A stretch of DNA of 64,000 nt from Acidobacteriota bacterium (GTDB lineage Bacteria > Acidobacteriota > UBA6911 > JACQSX01): assembly GCA_036507075.1 (NCBI GenBank), contig DASXQR010000146.1, positions 32,001 through 96,000 on the forward strand, given 5' to 3'. The position numbers and the translations under genes are program-made. Under the pieces are notes generated by a model. That model did no database searches. It saw only the letters and a list, made by a program, of their open reading frames with translations, and had not been told where the DNA came from. This document shows, in pieces, positions 17,983-28,279 of the stretch (position 1 is the stretch's first letter; every line of letters begins with the position of its first letter).

Positions 17983-19263
17983 GTGTTGCTCACAATGAAC
18001 ACAGAGTATGTCATTGACGCCCTAAGCATCTGCAAAGAAAGGCCCGGCCAGACAAGGCTTTCCATACTGCTTACGCTATTGCTTGAACTAAGACGACGTG
18101 GTGATTTGTTCTTCTGTGTCTTCGATCAGTCAGCATTTCACGAGTTTAATAAAAGGGGGGGTACACAGTCGAAGCTGTACCAACAACTTCGAAGACATCC
18201 TAAATATTTTTCTCAAGTGCGCGGTCAGGCAGATGTCAAGATTCTTGACCTTGCCGAGCGGAATCACTCACGGATCATTAGTAACGACAATTTTCGGGAG
18301 CACCGGGCAGCTTACCGTTGGTTGCAATCAGACAAAGATCGTCTAATAAACGTTAGTGTAGTGAAAGATCGAATTATTTGTGAACCACTGGCTATAAACG
18401 TGTCTGAGATCACCGACGAAGCTCAACTTTGGAAGGACCTCGAGACAACTCTAGTTGGTGACGTTGTCACACCGCCGCCTCCGCAAACACTACTACGCTC
18501 CGCTAACCCATCACCAGCAAAGTCCGCGAAGGCCCAAGGAGGCGATGATTTCGTTGCTTTAACGCAGCCTTCAGGATCCCCTCCGGCAACGGGAATCCAT
18601 CAACACGCCGCGAATTCTAAAGGAGGTGCTGCAGTGGAACAGAGAATAGGAACGATAACCGAAACAAAGGCTCGTGAGCAGCTCGGAATCTTGGTACTTG
18701 ATGGATCGGGATCTATGAGTGCCCAAGGGGAGACGAATTTGACGAAAGCCGGTGAGGTCAACATCGCCGTTCAGGGTCTTATGGCGCGACTTAGAATTTC
18801 AAGGCTAAGGGAGAATTTCTATTTGGCAATTATTACTTACGATGATCAAGTTAATTCGAGCCGCCTACCGCCCACTCCAGTTACTCAGGTCGATCCGACC
18901 TCCGACTACAACCCGCTCCACGGCCATGGAAATGAGACCGCCATTGGCGATGCTCTAAATGCGGCTGCATCTGTCGCATTTCAGTTCCTGTCTGAACAAC
19001 AAAGCTTTCCCCGCTCAGTAGTAATTGTCTTAATGACTGATGGCCAAAACAATTGTGGTCAGGACCCGGTCGAGGTCGCAAATAAGATCAAAAACAGCGG
19101 CAAACGTATCACTATATGCGCTGCTGGCTATGGGAAGGGCGACGATGTGGATGCCCTAACCCTGCAAAAGCTTGTGACCGATGGCAACGGATATGTGCGT
19201 GCATACGATCCAGAAGTGCTTCGTAAGTTCTTTGAAGCAAGTATTAGCAGGGTCAGAGGCTGA
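17983..19263 (+). CDS. PIN/NYN (Zc3h12a-like) RNase domain fused to a TerY-like vWA domain
   Basis: YVIDALSI...FD...ADVKILDLA...IISNDNFREH PIN acidic motifs; Pro/Ala/Ser linker; vWA MIDAS LDGSGSM, TAIGDAL, LMTDG. Confidence 0.85.
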   Translation: MLLTMNTEYVIDALSICKERPGQTRLSILLTLLLELRRRGDLFFCVFDQSAFHEFNKRGGTQSKLYQQLRRHPKYFSQVRGQADVKILDLAERNHSRIISNDNFREHRAAYRWLQSDKDRLINVSVVKDRIICEPLAINVSEITDEAQLWKDLETTLVGDVVTPPPPQTLLRSANPSPAKSAKAQGGDDFVALTQPSGSPPATGIHQHAANSKGGAAVEQRIGTITETKAREQLGILVLDGSGSMSAQGETNLTKAGEVNIAVQGLMARLRISRLRENFYLAIITYDDQVNSSRLPPTPVTQVDPTSDYNPLHGHGNETAIGDALNAAASVAFQFLSEQQSFPRSVVIVLMTDGQNNCGQDPVEVANKIKNSGKRITICAAGYGKGDDVDALTLQKLVTDGNGYVRAYDPEVLRKFFEASISRVRG

Positions 19264-19275
19264 CATCTAAACTTC

Positions 19276-20307
19276 ATGCTTCGGAAATTCTTGCGCTGGC
19301 CGCGCATTAAAGGGCCTAACATTAAGAAGCAGCCCGACGGCGGGCTTCGTGCTGACGCACCTTTAGAAACTGCGACAAGCAGGGATTCTACACTCGCCCA
19401 ACTACCCCCAGGAACCACGTCCCTCATACCAAAAAGACCGCAAAGAGCGGCCGCTGTGAGTAGTAAGGCTGCCAAATTGACGAATGAAGATCACTGCGAC
19501 TTGTATAGGAGTGATCGGATCCTTGCGGTTGCACTTGCTGACGGCCTCGGCTCATCCGCCGACAGCTCAGTTGCTGCAAAGTTAGCTGTCAAGACTTTTT
19601 TGCACCAAGTGGAACAAGTTGATGCGGAGCTCCGAGAAGTATCAATTGCGGACCTTCACAGTTTTTGGAATCGCACGTCACAGAAAATAACAAATCACTT
19701 TCAGACTAATTTCGCCAAATATGCTGGTCTAGCGCATCCCCTTGAGACGACCTTGATTACGGTAGTCGACCAGGGAGATAGTTACCTAATCAGTTACTTG
19801 GGGAATGGCAGCATCTGGTATGTCCGGGGCGACTTCTGGGAGTTTCTGGATCGCCGTTGGCCATGGTCAATCTCCGACTTACTTATAAGTCAAAGCGTTC
19901 TCGACGATGACGGTCGTGATGCGCTCTATGGATTGATCGGTCATACCGGCCTACACGGAGAGATTCGAACACTCATAGTCAACAAAGATCATCACCGCGG
20001 TGAGATACTTATCGTGACAACAGACGGAATAAGCTCTCCAGATCACCTAAAAGTCGGCCACGACCCGAACAACAAACTGTGGCTAGAGGTTAATCCCTAC
20101 ATTGAGCGACTACTGCGTGACCACCTGCGCCGCTATCTCACGTCCAATTCGCCGAGCGTGACATGCCGTAACGGCTGCCTTCAAAAAGTCTTGGACGATT
20201 TTCTTACCGTGGAAACCTTCGATGACGACGCCAGTCTCGGTATTATTGTTTCAGACTCGGTCTTCACCTATCCCAACAGAAACCATCTGGCAGCTCATAG
20301 CAAATGA
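19276..20307 (+). CDS. PP2C-family (TerY-P type) protein phosphatase
   Basis: NEDH, ALADGLGS, LGNG, TTDGI, DDDASL motifs. Confidence 0.85.
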   Translation: MLRKFLRWPRIKGPNIKKQPDGGLRADAPLETATSRDSTLAQLPPGTTSLIPKRPQRAAAVSSKAAKLTNEDHCDLYRSDRILAVALADGLGSSADSSVAAKLAVKTFLHQVEQVDAELREVSIADLHSFWNRTSQKITNHFQTNFAKYAGLAHPLETTLITVVDQGDSYLISYLGNGSIWYVRGDFWEFLDRRWPWSISDLLISQSVLDDDGRDALYGLIGHTGLHGEIRTLIVNKDHHRGEILIVTTDGISSPDHLKVGHDPNNKLWLEVNPYIERLLRDHLRRYLTSNSPSVTCRNGCLQKVLDDFLTVETFDDDASLGIIVSDSVFTYPNRNHLAAHSK

Positions 20308-22016
20308 GGATCACAGTCCGCCCCGGCTCGTGCGTATCAACTGGTTTGTCGAATGTTCCTTCTCACAGCGAGGCGCACTCGATCCTTATACATAGTGTAC
20401 ATTTCAACGAGGGCGGTCAGGGAAAGATCTACAAAGTAGACCAGATAGACGGCAGAGGCAGTTCTGACCTAGTCTTGAAGTTGTTTGACGCTGGAATCCC
20501 TTCCACCTTGAAACAGATAGCGGCTGCAGTCCGGGACGGCATATCGTGTCACAACATTCGTCAAGTAAGCTCTCTACGAGCTCTACCCCTTTTTCTTTTT
20601 GAAGGCACGGCGTCCGGTCATGCTGTGATGGGTTATGTGATGCGCGAGGTGCCTGGCCGAGCGTTTAGCGAGATTTTGGAAGGGCACCTAGACGACTATC
20701 TCACTCTTAGCCTCAACGATCGACTCGACTTATGTCGTCAGTTTGTAGAGGGAATGTGGATCCTTTATGCTCTCACGATTGTTCATGCGGATCTAAATGG
20801 TCAGAATCTGATGATTGACCTATCTAACAGGACTCTGGCGATCATTGATGTGGACGGCGGCGCCGTCGCAAGAAGTGGCTCTGTCCCAATCGTTGTCAAA
20901 CAGGAGCCAGGATGGCTTGCTCCAGAGATATTCGCTCAGCTAAGCAGAACGATCAGGGCCGAACCTGTTTTTGTCAGCATGGAGGCAGACCTCTGGTCTA
21001 TCGCCTCTGGGGTTCACTACTTACTATTCGGAATGTCTCCCTTCTTTTTTATCGCTAATCAGCCCGACATACCTGAATATCTGCGTCGGTATCAATGGCC
21101 AGAGCACCGAGGCGTTCATACTATCGCAACAAGAAATCACCATGCTTTCCGACATTACGAGGATGTGTATTCTCAAGTGCCCGACTTGCACAGGATGTTT
21201 TTTGTGACCTTCCAAGAGGGTTATGAAAATCCGTCGCGACGAATAGCCGCATATACTTGGCTCCAGGTGATCAGCGGCGTCTTAAAGTCGACGGGTCATT
21301 CCGAACGGCGTTCTCCAGTGAAACCGCAGCCAGAGGAACCAGCTGTCGTATCGCCTCTGCCAGCCCAACCGAGACGGCCCGTTGCCCGTCCCCCGTCCCC
21401 GCTTAGGCCGCCAGTCCAAAAACCCGCTCCCAAACCACCGCCCCCAGTGATTCCTTTCGGCCCAAAACCGCCGACACTGGTGGGACAGCGCAGGCAGAGT
21501 TCGTTCACGGTGTTTGCGGTCGCTGCAATAGCGGCGATCCTCGGTGTGGCCATCGTCGCGGTTATGCTGAATCCAGACGTAACCCGGCCTTCGATAGAAA
21601 CGTTTACTGTCAACCCTGCGACCCTGCAGGCTGGTGAGCATGCCACCATTCGATGGGTTGTAAGAAACGCGGGGGAGGTCAGAATCGACAATGGCATCGG
21701 TATTGTCGCTACCAGCGGGAACATCGATATTACTCCACCGATGTCTACAGTGTATCGCCTCACTGCGACGTCATCCGTGGGTACGATCGAGGGAGAGGCT
21801 GTGGTGGCAGTTGCCGCGCCTCCGCCCCCACCGCCACAGGAGAAAACGGCCGCCGACTACGTCCAAGAGGCCAATGTTTTGTATGAAAATCGACAGTATC
21901 TCAGAGCGATAGACGCTTGTGATAAGGCATTGGTTATATCTCCCGATGATCAAGAGGCTACGCGCTTGAAAGCGCAGATCAGGAACACAATCGAGATCTT
22001 GAATGGATCGAAATGA
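20304..22016 (+). CDS. Ser/Thr kinase with Pro-rich linker, TM helix, Ig-like domain and C-terminal TPR
   Basis: EGGQGKIY, VLKLF, HADLNGQN, IIDVDG, APE, DLWS; TM FTVFAVAAIAAILGVAIVAVML; ATGA overlap with the phosphatase. Confidence 0.9.
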   Translation: MRITVRPGSCVSTGLSNVPSHSEAHSILIHSVHFNEGGQGKIYKVDQIDGRGSSDLVLKLFDAGIPSTLKQIAAAVRDGISCHNIRQVSSLRALPLFLFEGTASGHAVMGYVMREVPGRAFSEILEGHLDDYLTLSLNDRLDLCRQFVEGMWILYALTIVHADLNGQNLMIDLSNRTLAIIDVDGGAVARSGSVPIVVKQEPGWLAPEIFAQLSRTIRAEPVFVSMEADLWSIASGVHYLLFGMSPFFFIANQPDIPEYLRRYQWPEHRGVHTIATRNHHAFRHYEDVYSQVPDLHRMFFVTFQEGYENPSRRIAAYTWLQVISGVLKSTGHSERRSPVKPQPEEPAVVSPLPAQPRRPVARPPSPLRPPVQKPAPKPPPPVIPFGPKPPTLVGQRRQSSFTVFAVAAIAAILGVAIVAVMLNPDVTRPSIETFTVNPATLQAGEHATIRWVVRNAGEVRIDNGIGIVATSGNIDITPPMSTVYRLTATSSVGTIEGEAVVAVAAPPPPPPQEKTAADYVQEANVLYENRQYLRAIDACDKALVISPDDQEATRLKAQIRNTIEILNGSK

Positions 22017-22057
22017 CTTAAATCGCGACTATTTGACTGGAATATGGTCGGCAGAAT

Positions 22058-22420
22058 CTATTTGGAAAGAGATTGTCGATACGTACCCGCTAGTTGGACA
22101 TTGCCTTCTCTATCCATCCTGATTTGCAAGATCTGGCCATTGATACCGACGAATTGGTGTTCCACATATGGACCGGTTATTTTTTGGTGTTGGTTGTTCC
22201 AACCTTGAAGCATTTTGAAAAAACTCTCCGGTGTTAAGCTGGGATTTCGTATTAACTGGATTGAGGCCTGTAATTCAGCAGATGCCGCTATGAACGTATC
22301 TAAGCGTCGCTTCTCCCCAGATATGTATGGATCGTATATTTCGTCTATTTTCTTAGGCAAAATAGATTCTTCGGCCTCGCCGTTTTCTGGCATAAAGGGC
22401 CGCTCGCCTTCTCGCGGCAT
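22058..22420 (-). CDS. Orphan hypothetical protein
   Basis: 120-aa ORF with protein-like composition; no motif recognised. Confidence 0.4.
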   Translation of the reverse strand: MPREGERPFMPENGEAEESILPKKIDEIYDPYISGEKRRLDTFIAASAELQASIQLIRNPSLTPESFFKMLQGWNNQHQKITGPYVEHQFVGINGQILQIRMDREGNVQLAGTYRQSLSK

Positions 22421-22534
22421 GTTGTAGTAGGAGATTTAATGAGTCAGACTGAGTCCCGCTGGAGGGGTTGGGGTAATAGTAACAGTCTAGTGAGAACTGT
22501 CAAGCAAGCCAGTAGCAATGTTAGAAGAATCGGT

Positions 22535-22815
22535 TGTCGCGAGTACGTTAGCAAATCTTCGCCAGCGAGGAGCTGGCCCCAAAACAATCGCGAGTTCGAA
22601 TCCACAGGGTGTGAGATCTCAGTCGATGGGCTTTATCGTGGCAGACCTGACACTCGTGGCAGGCTAACAGTCTCCGACCTTGAGCCTGGCAGCCATAATC
22701 TCATCGCCACACAACGGCCTCGTTACCGCGATGAAACCGTTGAAGTCGTGTATCACCTGGTCAGAATACGATAACTGCGACGCTCCAAATGGCAGTTGGT
22801 TTCCTTATGTCAATC
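22535..22815 (+). pseudogene. Decayed copy 1 of the N-terminal (helical plus PEGA) module of the 23747 gene
   Basis: Across frameshifts: STLANLRQRGAGPKTIA / GCEISVDGLYRGRPDTRGRLTVSDLEPGSH / VSPGQNTITATLQMAVGFL, versus intact STITHFQRRGAGPQTV / NCEVYMDGLHRGQTDSVGKLEVSGLEPGRH / VSPGQNLLRVELQRAVGYL. Confidence 0.8.
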
Positions 22816-22819
22816 GTGA

Positions 22820-23245
22820 TCATTACCGGACTCCAACCGCAGGCTACGCCTTTGACTCTTGATCGGATCGAAACGATTAATTGAATCAGAAGCAACTGAC
22901 GCCCCTCATTGCGGGCGAGATGACCGCCAGAGGCCTGCGGTTTCCCGTCGGCGCGAGGTCATTGACGCGCACTCAGCCAACGGGGACAGGACCTAAGAGA
23001 CTGGGAGCACTGAGTCGGTTCCTTGTCAGTCTGCACGTTGGTCATTTCGAATCGAGTTGCCTAAATGTGATATGATCGCCGATGGAATTGAGCGTGGTGG
23101 CACGGACTTCTTTGGCACGTTAGCAGTTTCCGACGGTTGACCCCGGCACCCGCTCCGTTGGACCGAGTGGCCTCGGTACCGCTATGAGAGTGTTCACGCG
23201 CGCCTAACTCCGGGGCAGAATCTAGTCGGAGTGCCCTTGCGTCTG
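22820..23245 (+). pseudogene. Decayed copy 2 of the same N-terminal module
   Basis: PLTLDRIE / LIAGEMTARGLRFPV...GTGPKRLGALSRFL / PKCDMIADGIERGGTDFFGTLAVS / LTPGQNLVGVPLR, versus intact ALSLEQVQ / VIAGEIQDRGLGFDV...GAGPQTVRALSRFL / VSPGQNLLRVELQ. Confidence 0.8.
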
Positions 23246-23548
23246 GGAGCCTTTATATCGAACGCACTTCGTCAGATTAGCAGTCAGTTCGCGGGACGTG
23301 TTCTTCGACGTTTTGGGCGACACTTGCACTTTCAAGCCATTTACCAACTCAGAGGATATCGATGAGAATCTGTGACAAGTGTGGCAAAGAGCGTGTTTTG
23401 GATGGCGGGAGGACATGTGAGACGGGCCACTTCATATGTAAAAAGTGCGTTTGGGAAACAGCCAGCTTCTTTAGTGCAGAGCGAAAACACTGTCCGCTTT
23501 GCAAGAAGACCCTAAGATAAATCGTACTCTGGACAGAGGGAATCCAGC

Positions 23549-23731
23549 ATGGAGTCTATTGGGGGCTTACTGCTGATAATTGTCGTGCTTTGCCTTATGC
23601 TTGGTGCTCTTTCCAGAATGATTCTTCCTCCGCGACTAAGAGAAAGCGGGTGGCCTCGCCTGGCCCGGAATCTTTTCCGTGCCCTTTGGTCTCACTTGCA
23701 AGGACGAAGGTCCGGAAAGTTTCGGCCCTGA
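23549..23731 (+). CDS. Small membrane protein
   Basis: N-terminal hydrophobic helix, GAGGG upstream, ends 15 nt before the next gene. Confidence 0.5.
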   Translation: MESIGGLLLIIVVLCLMLGALSRMILPPRLRESGWPRLARNLFRALWSHLQGRRSGKFRP

Positions 23732-23746
23732 GGTCCGTTTACACCA

Positions 23747-25849
23747 ATGTTTGGATCGGAGATATTTCCATGTCCGACGGCCAAGCGAATAAGTACGCGA
23801 TGGACTATCTTGTTGTGTATTCTCACCGTCCTCCTTGGGATCCGGCTGATCGGCCAGGAACGAGCCTTGAGCCTTGAGCAGGTTCAAAAGCTAGTCGACC
23901 AAAAGGTGCCGGATGTAGTTATTGCTGGTGAAATCCAGGACCGCGGCTTGGGATTTGATGTTTACCGCAGTACGATAACGCACTTCCAACGCCGAGGAGC
24001 CGGACCCCAGACCGTGCGCGCGTTATCACGATTTCTTCTTACCGCGAGCCTTGTCGTTTGGACGAATCCACCGAATTGCGAAGTTTATATGGACGGTTTG
24101 CATCGTGGCCAAACCGATAGCGTGGGTAAATTAGAAGTATCTGGTCTGGAACCCGGCAGGCACGCCGTAATGGTCTCTAAGGCGAACTATTCTGGAAGAG
24201 ATGCGGAAGCCATGGTTTCACCAGGGCAGAATCTTTTAAGAGTGGAGTTGCAAAGGGCCGTGGGTTATTTGACAGTATCCCCCAAGACTTCGGGAACGCA
24301 TATTGCAGTTAAGGGATTGGGGAATTATGACAACTCTATTCGAGATCTTGAATGTTCACCCGGCGTCTACGACATCACTGTATCAAGGTCATATTTCAAA
24401 ACATTCACGACACGAGTAACCATCTTGGCAGGACGGAAGGTCGAAATTTCACCGGCCCTCGACTTCGATCCTCGTATCCAGTGGAAGCAGCTCAAGAATG
24501 GGCTAACTAACATTAACGTTTATTGTATCGGTATTGACGAGCGTCAGAGACTCTACGCGGGGACGGGGAATGGGGTCTTTGTTAAGTCTGCAAACGCCGA
24601 CTCTTGGAGCTTTTGGGCGCTTAAGGGCCTTGAAGTGAGGTCTCTCTCAATCGATCCCAAAAACTCCGATATAGTTTACGTCGCTCTCGAGCATGGAGGC
24701 GTCGTCAAGACCACGAATGGGGGAGCCTCGTGGCATCGAATTGATAAAGGACTGCCCAACACAAATGTCAATGCTCTCGCTGTGGATCCTCGAAACAACC
24801 GTGTTGTCTACGCTGGTCCAGACGCCTTTGGTATCTGGAGGACCATTGACGGTGGCAGCAACTGGCGCAGAGTTGGTCCCGGTCGAGATGTCAGGTCGTT
24901 CTCGATAGACCTGCTAACCACCGGCATCTTATACGCCTCTACTTCGACTGGCATCATGAAAACCGTTGATCTAGGTACCACGTGGTATTCTCTAAACTCG
25001 GGTCTTCCAAACCCTTTTATAAATGGGTTGAGCATAGATCCCACGAAGTCGGAAATATTGTTTGCAGGGCCGTCTGGTCGCGGCGTTTGGAAGAGTGTCG
25101 ATGGTGGGGCGACCTGGTTCGAGGTGAACAACGAACTTACAAAGGCCGTCACGATTTTGGCATTTATTGTCCATCCGCAAAACTCTCAGATAGTTTATGC
25201 AGCGTCAGACGCCGCTGGTGTGTTTCAAACAATCGACGGGGGATTGAGTTGGTCTCCCATTAATAATGGACTTGGCAATCTAACGATTGGACGGCATGCG
25301 GTCGTGATCGATCCCAATGATGGAAGGGGCGGTGTGATGTACGTGGGAACCGTTGGTGCCGGTGTATTTACAACTGCCCTTCCTGCGCTCACGATCTTGT
25401 CTGAAATGGCTAACTCGCAAATGAGCTCCTCCTCGACAAAGTTTGTGGCTACTCTGAATTGCGCGCTTGACTCTGGTGTGATCACTGTTCGTGCAGATTC
25501 GCCAAATGGTGCAAGTTTTGAAAATTCCTGCGACAAACAAATCACGGTTCAGTTCAAAGCTGCCGGAAGGTGGAGTTTCCGGCCAGCCGAAGGTCTTCAC
25601 GGCGCTTCTGGACACACGACCTATCCTGTTACTTCCTTTTCGAGAGCAAAGTACAGGGTTGAAAGCGCTCCGCCTGGTAGTCTCGTCATTCGACGCCAAG
25701 GCGGCAGTTATCAATTTGTCGGAGATGCAGGGACACTGATTCTACATGAGCATGAGACTGTGGCTTTTGTGATGAACGATGAACCGAATGGCTATTGGGA
25801 TAATCGAGGCAGCGTCGAGGTGTCATGGCGTTGTATAGATTGTGAGTAG
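23747..25849 (+). CDS. Exported protein: PEGA domains, BNR/VPS10-like beta-propeller and C-terminal LecA/PA-IL-like lectin domain
   Basis: Signal/TM helix; repeated (S/T).DGG.(S/T)W Asp-boxes; C-terminal FVMNDEPNGYWDNRGSVEV resembles the PA-IL NDVPGTYGNNSGSF motif. Confidence 0.8.
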   Translation: MFGSEIFPCPTAKRISTRWTILLCILTVLLGIRLIGQERALSLEQVQKLVDQKVPDVVIAGEIQDRGLGFDVYRSTITHFQRRGAGPQTVRALSRFLLTASLVVWTNPPNCEVYMDGLHRGQTDSVGKLEVSGLEPGRHAVMVSKANYSGRDAEAMVSPGQNLLRVELQRAVGYLTVSPKTSGTHIAVKGLGNYDNSIRDLECSPGVYDITVSRSYFKTFTTRVTILAGRKVEISPALDFDPRIQWKQLKNGLTNINVYCIGIDERQRLYAGTGNGVFVKSANADSWSFWALKGLEVRSLSIDPKNSDIVYVALEHGGVVKTTNGGASWHRIDKGLPNTNVNALAVDPRNNRVVYAGPDAFGIWRTIDGGSNWRRVGPGRDVRSFSIDLLTTGILYASTSTGIMKTVDLGTTWYSLNSGLPNPFINGLSIDPTKSEILFAGPSGRGVWKSVDGGATWFEVNNELTKAVTILAFIVHPQNSQIVYAASDAAGVFQTIDGGLSWSPINNGLGNLTIGRHAVVIDPNDGRGGVMYVGTVGAGVFTTALPALTILSEMANSQMSSSSTKFVATLNCALDSGVITVRADSPNGASFENSCDKQITVQFKAAGRWSFRPAEGLHGASGHTTYPVTSFSRAKYRVESAPPGSLVIRRQGGSYQFVGDAGTLILHEHETVAFVMNDEPNGYWDNRGSVEVSWRCIDCE

Positions 25850-25995
25850 TTAACTGGCTCCTCTCCCTAGCAGGAGGGCATTTCGACGTACACCGAGCCG
25901 ACTAAACCTGGGAAGCGTGGCTTCGTCCCGTGTCATCCGATAGCTAGTTCCCAACTGGGGATTAAGTTGACTTTGGCGCTTTAACTGGAGAACAT

Positions 25996-26625
25996 ATGGG
26001 TGTGACACATAAAACCTTAACAACGCTGTTCCTGACAATGTGTATCGCGGGCAGTTTGACACTCACCACACAAGGTGCGCCGATAGAACAGATGTCCAGT
26101 CTCGGCCTTGACAATACGGAAATGGTTGTCAGTCTTAATACTCCGATTAGTACGAAGGCGTCGAGGAGAGGAGATACATTCGCTGCTCAGATCGTTTCAC
26201 CAGAGGAATACCGCAGTGGAACTATTGAGGGACACATCAATAGTGTGAAGAGAGCGAAGAAAAGGAATAGAGCGGAAATCCTGTTCGTCTTCGAGACGAT
26301 AACGATGAATGGTAACAATTACCTCATCAGAGCTGATTTGACAAACGTTGCAAATTCGAAGGGTGTCAAAGAAGTGGATGAAGAAGGCCGAGCGATAGGT
26401 AAAACGTCGAGGAAGAAAGCCATCGGCTCAGCCGCGGCAGGAGCTACTATTGGCGCTATCATTGGTGCCATAGCAGGCGGCGGAAAGGGAGCTGCTCAAG
26501 GCGCAGGTGCTGGCGCTATTGCGGGTCTCCTGATAGGTATCACGTTCACCACTGCTAGTTCGGACCTGGAATTTGCTCCGGGTTCACAATTCACCATCAT
26601 GGTATCGGATAGATCACGGGAGTAG
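25996..26625 (+). CDS. Secreted TrbI/VirB10-like beta protein with glycine zipper
   Basis: Signal peptide; LNTPIST...GDTFAA...IEGHI; GAIIGAIAGGGKGAAQGAGAG. Confidence 0.7.
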   Translation: MGVTHKTLTTLFLTMCIAGSLTLTTQGAPIEQMSSLGLDNTEMVVSLNTPISTKASRRGDTFAAQIVSPEEYRSGTIEGHINSVKRAKKRNRAEILFVFETITMNGNNYLIRADLTNVANSKGVKEVDEEGRAIGKTSRKKAIGSAAAGATIGAIIGAIAGGGKGAAQGAGAGAIAGLLIGITFTTASSDLEFAPGSQFTIMVSDRSRE

Positions 26626-27098
26626 ACTGAGCACGTCGTTTGTGCGGAAGAAGGCGCTGCAAGAAGGAGGGATGGCAACCAGTTCCTGAGGGCATACTAT
26701 CGATGTGGATTCGCACTTAAATCGCCGTGGACTGCGAACCCGGGTGATTCCCGAGAACAGGCACAGAACATGGTCGCGCGTTCGGAAAAGCGGTATCATA
26801 ACTAGATGCTAACTAACGGCTCGGCCTTATGCCGGAGTTGACACTCAATGAGGCCGTCGAGCAACTATTGCAGACATTGCCTCCGAGATCAGAACAAATT
26901 CGGTTGTCGTCGTATGAAACACCACCGCAATTTACGCCTGCTTTTAACAGATGATGAATGCTATCTAGCTGAAGTCAACAAGGATCAACCACGACATCTC
27001 ATTGATGTTCGACGGCTCCACAAGAAGCCCGGCGTTCTGAGGGTTATCCGTCAAATGATTCGAGAGATGCAGCGTTCCTTACATCGATGGAATCTTGA

Positions 27099-27683
27099 GT
27101 GAGCGCACCACGACCATTTCCTGAAGGCATCTACCAAGCCGCGAAACTCATGTTCTTCATCGATGGTGAGAACCTTGCAATTCGTTACGGCAGCATCTTG
27201 GCTGACGGAGAGACGCAGGACCACGTGGAATATGAGCCTAATGTCTTCGTTTGGTCGCGCATCGCTAATGTTACCCAGCACACGCGGTGGGAGGTGCTGC
27301 GCCGGTATTACTACACGTCGATCCAGGGCGACGTCGTGAGACTCGAGGAGATTGAGGAACGACTAAAGGGTCTTGGTGTTGAGTCACCGCGCGTTTTTAA
27401 GAAACATGCGGGAAAGCGGTCGAAGCGCGTTGATATTTCGCTTGCAACCGACATGCTCACCCACGCGCACCGCAAGAACTACGATGTCGCGGTACTCATT
27501 GCTGGCGATGAGGATTACGTCCCACTCGTGGATGCTGTCATGGGAGAGGGCAGACGCGTCCTTGTGTGGTTCTTCGAGAAGGGATTAAACCCGACTCTCC
27601 GCCGCAGAGCTGATTATTTCTTTGACATCGGCAAGTTTTTTTTCCAATCTCGAAAGGACCTCGGGATTTACGGTTGGATCTGA
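27099..27683 (+). CDS. NYN domain (LabA/DUF88 PIN-fold) protein
   Basis: FIDGENL, YYY, KRVDISLATDM, LIAGDEDYVPLV, ADYF. Confidence 0.92.
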   Translation: MSAPRPFPEGIYQAAKLMFFIDGENLAIRYGSILADGETQDHVEYEPNVFVWSRIANVTQHTRWEVLRRYYYTSIQGDVVRLEEIEERLKGLGVESPRVFKKHAGKRSKRVDISLATDMLTHAHRKNYDVAVLIAGDEDYVPLVDAVMGEGRRVLVWFFEKGLNPTLRRRADYFFDIGKFFFQSRKDLGIYGWI

Positions 27684-28279
27684 ATGGGTTATTGCCAAAT
27701 CTCACTTCAGTCGCCAGCCCAAGTTCGGGTTATAGCTCGTGACCTGGAGCGGCGTCCCCGCGAGTGTGATTAGTGGGGTTGCTGTTCCCGACGTTGATTC
27801 CCGACACAGTGACGAGTTGCTTGACAACATTCGCCTCAACCTTAATGACAACCGCGGACTGTCTGACAAAAAAGTTAAAACCAATCAAACACACCCCCCG
27901 GGAAAGGTTATGAAAACCCCCTGCGGGTAAGCCCGTGAAAATCCACAGGAGGGATATCTAAGCCGGGTCGAAGAATCGTCAGCGCGGCTCGCGGATGAGC
28001 GGCAGGTTGTGAGAACGATGGAGGTGACAATATCGCGGGAAGAACTGGTGCCCTGTGGGCTTCAGTCTAGGCTTTTTCTGTTGACCCTTTCGTAAAGCGC
28101 ATGTGCTATAATTTGGTGTCCCAGTTTAAGAGAGCGTAATCTTCGACGATCCTTCTGACCCTCTGATTTTCCAGGCCCTTGAGGCACTCCGAGATGCCGT
28201 CCACAAGAAAAGGGCAGAACTCACACGAGCGATAAAGCGGCAGGATAAGTCGGCTTCTTCGTCGCAACCCGATGACGAA

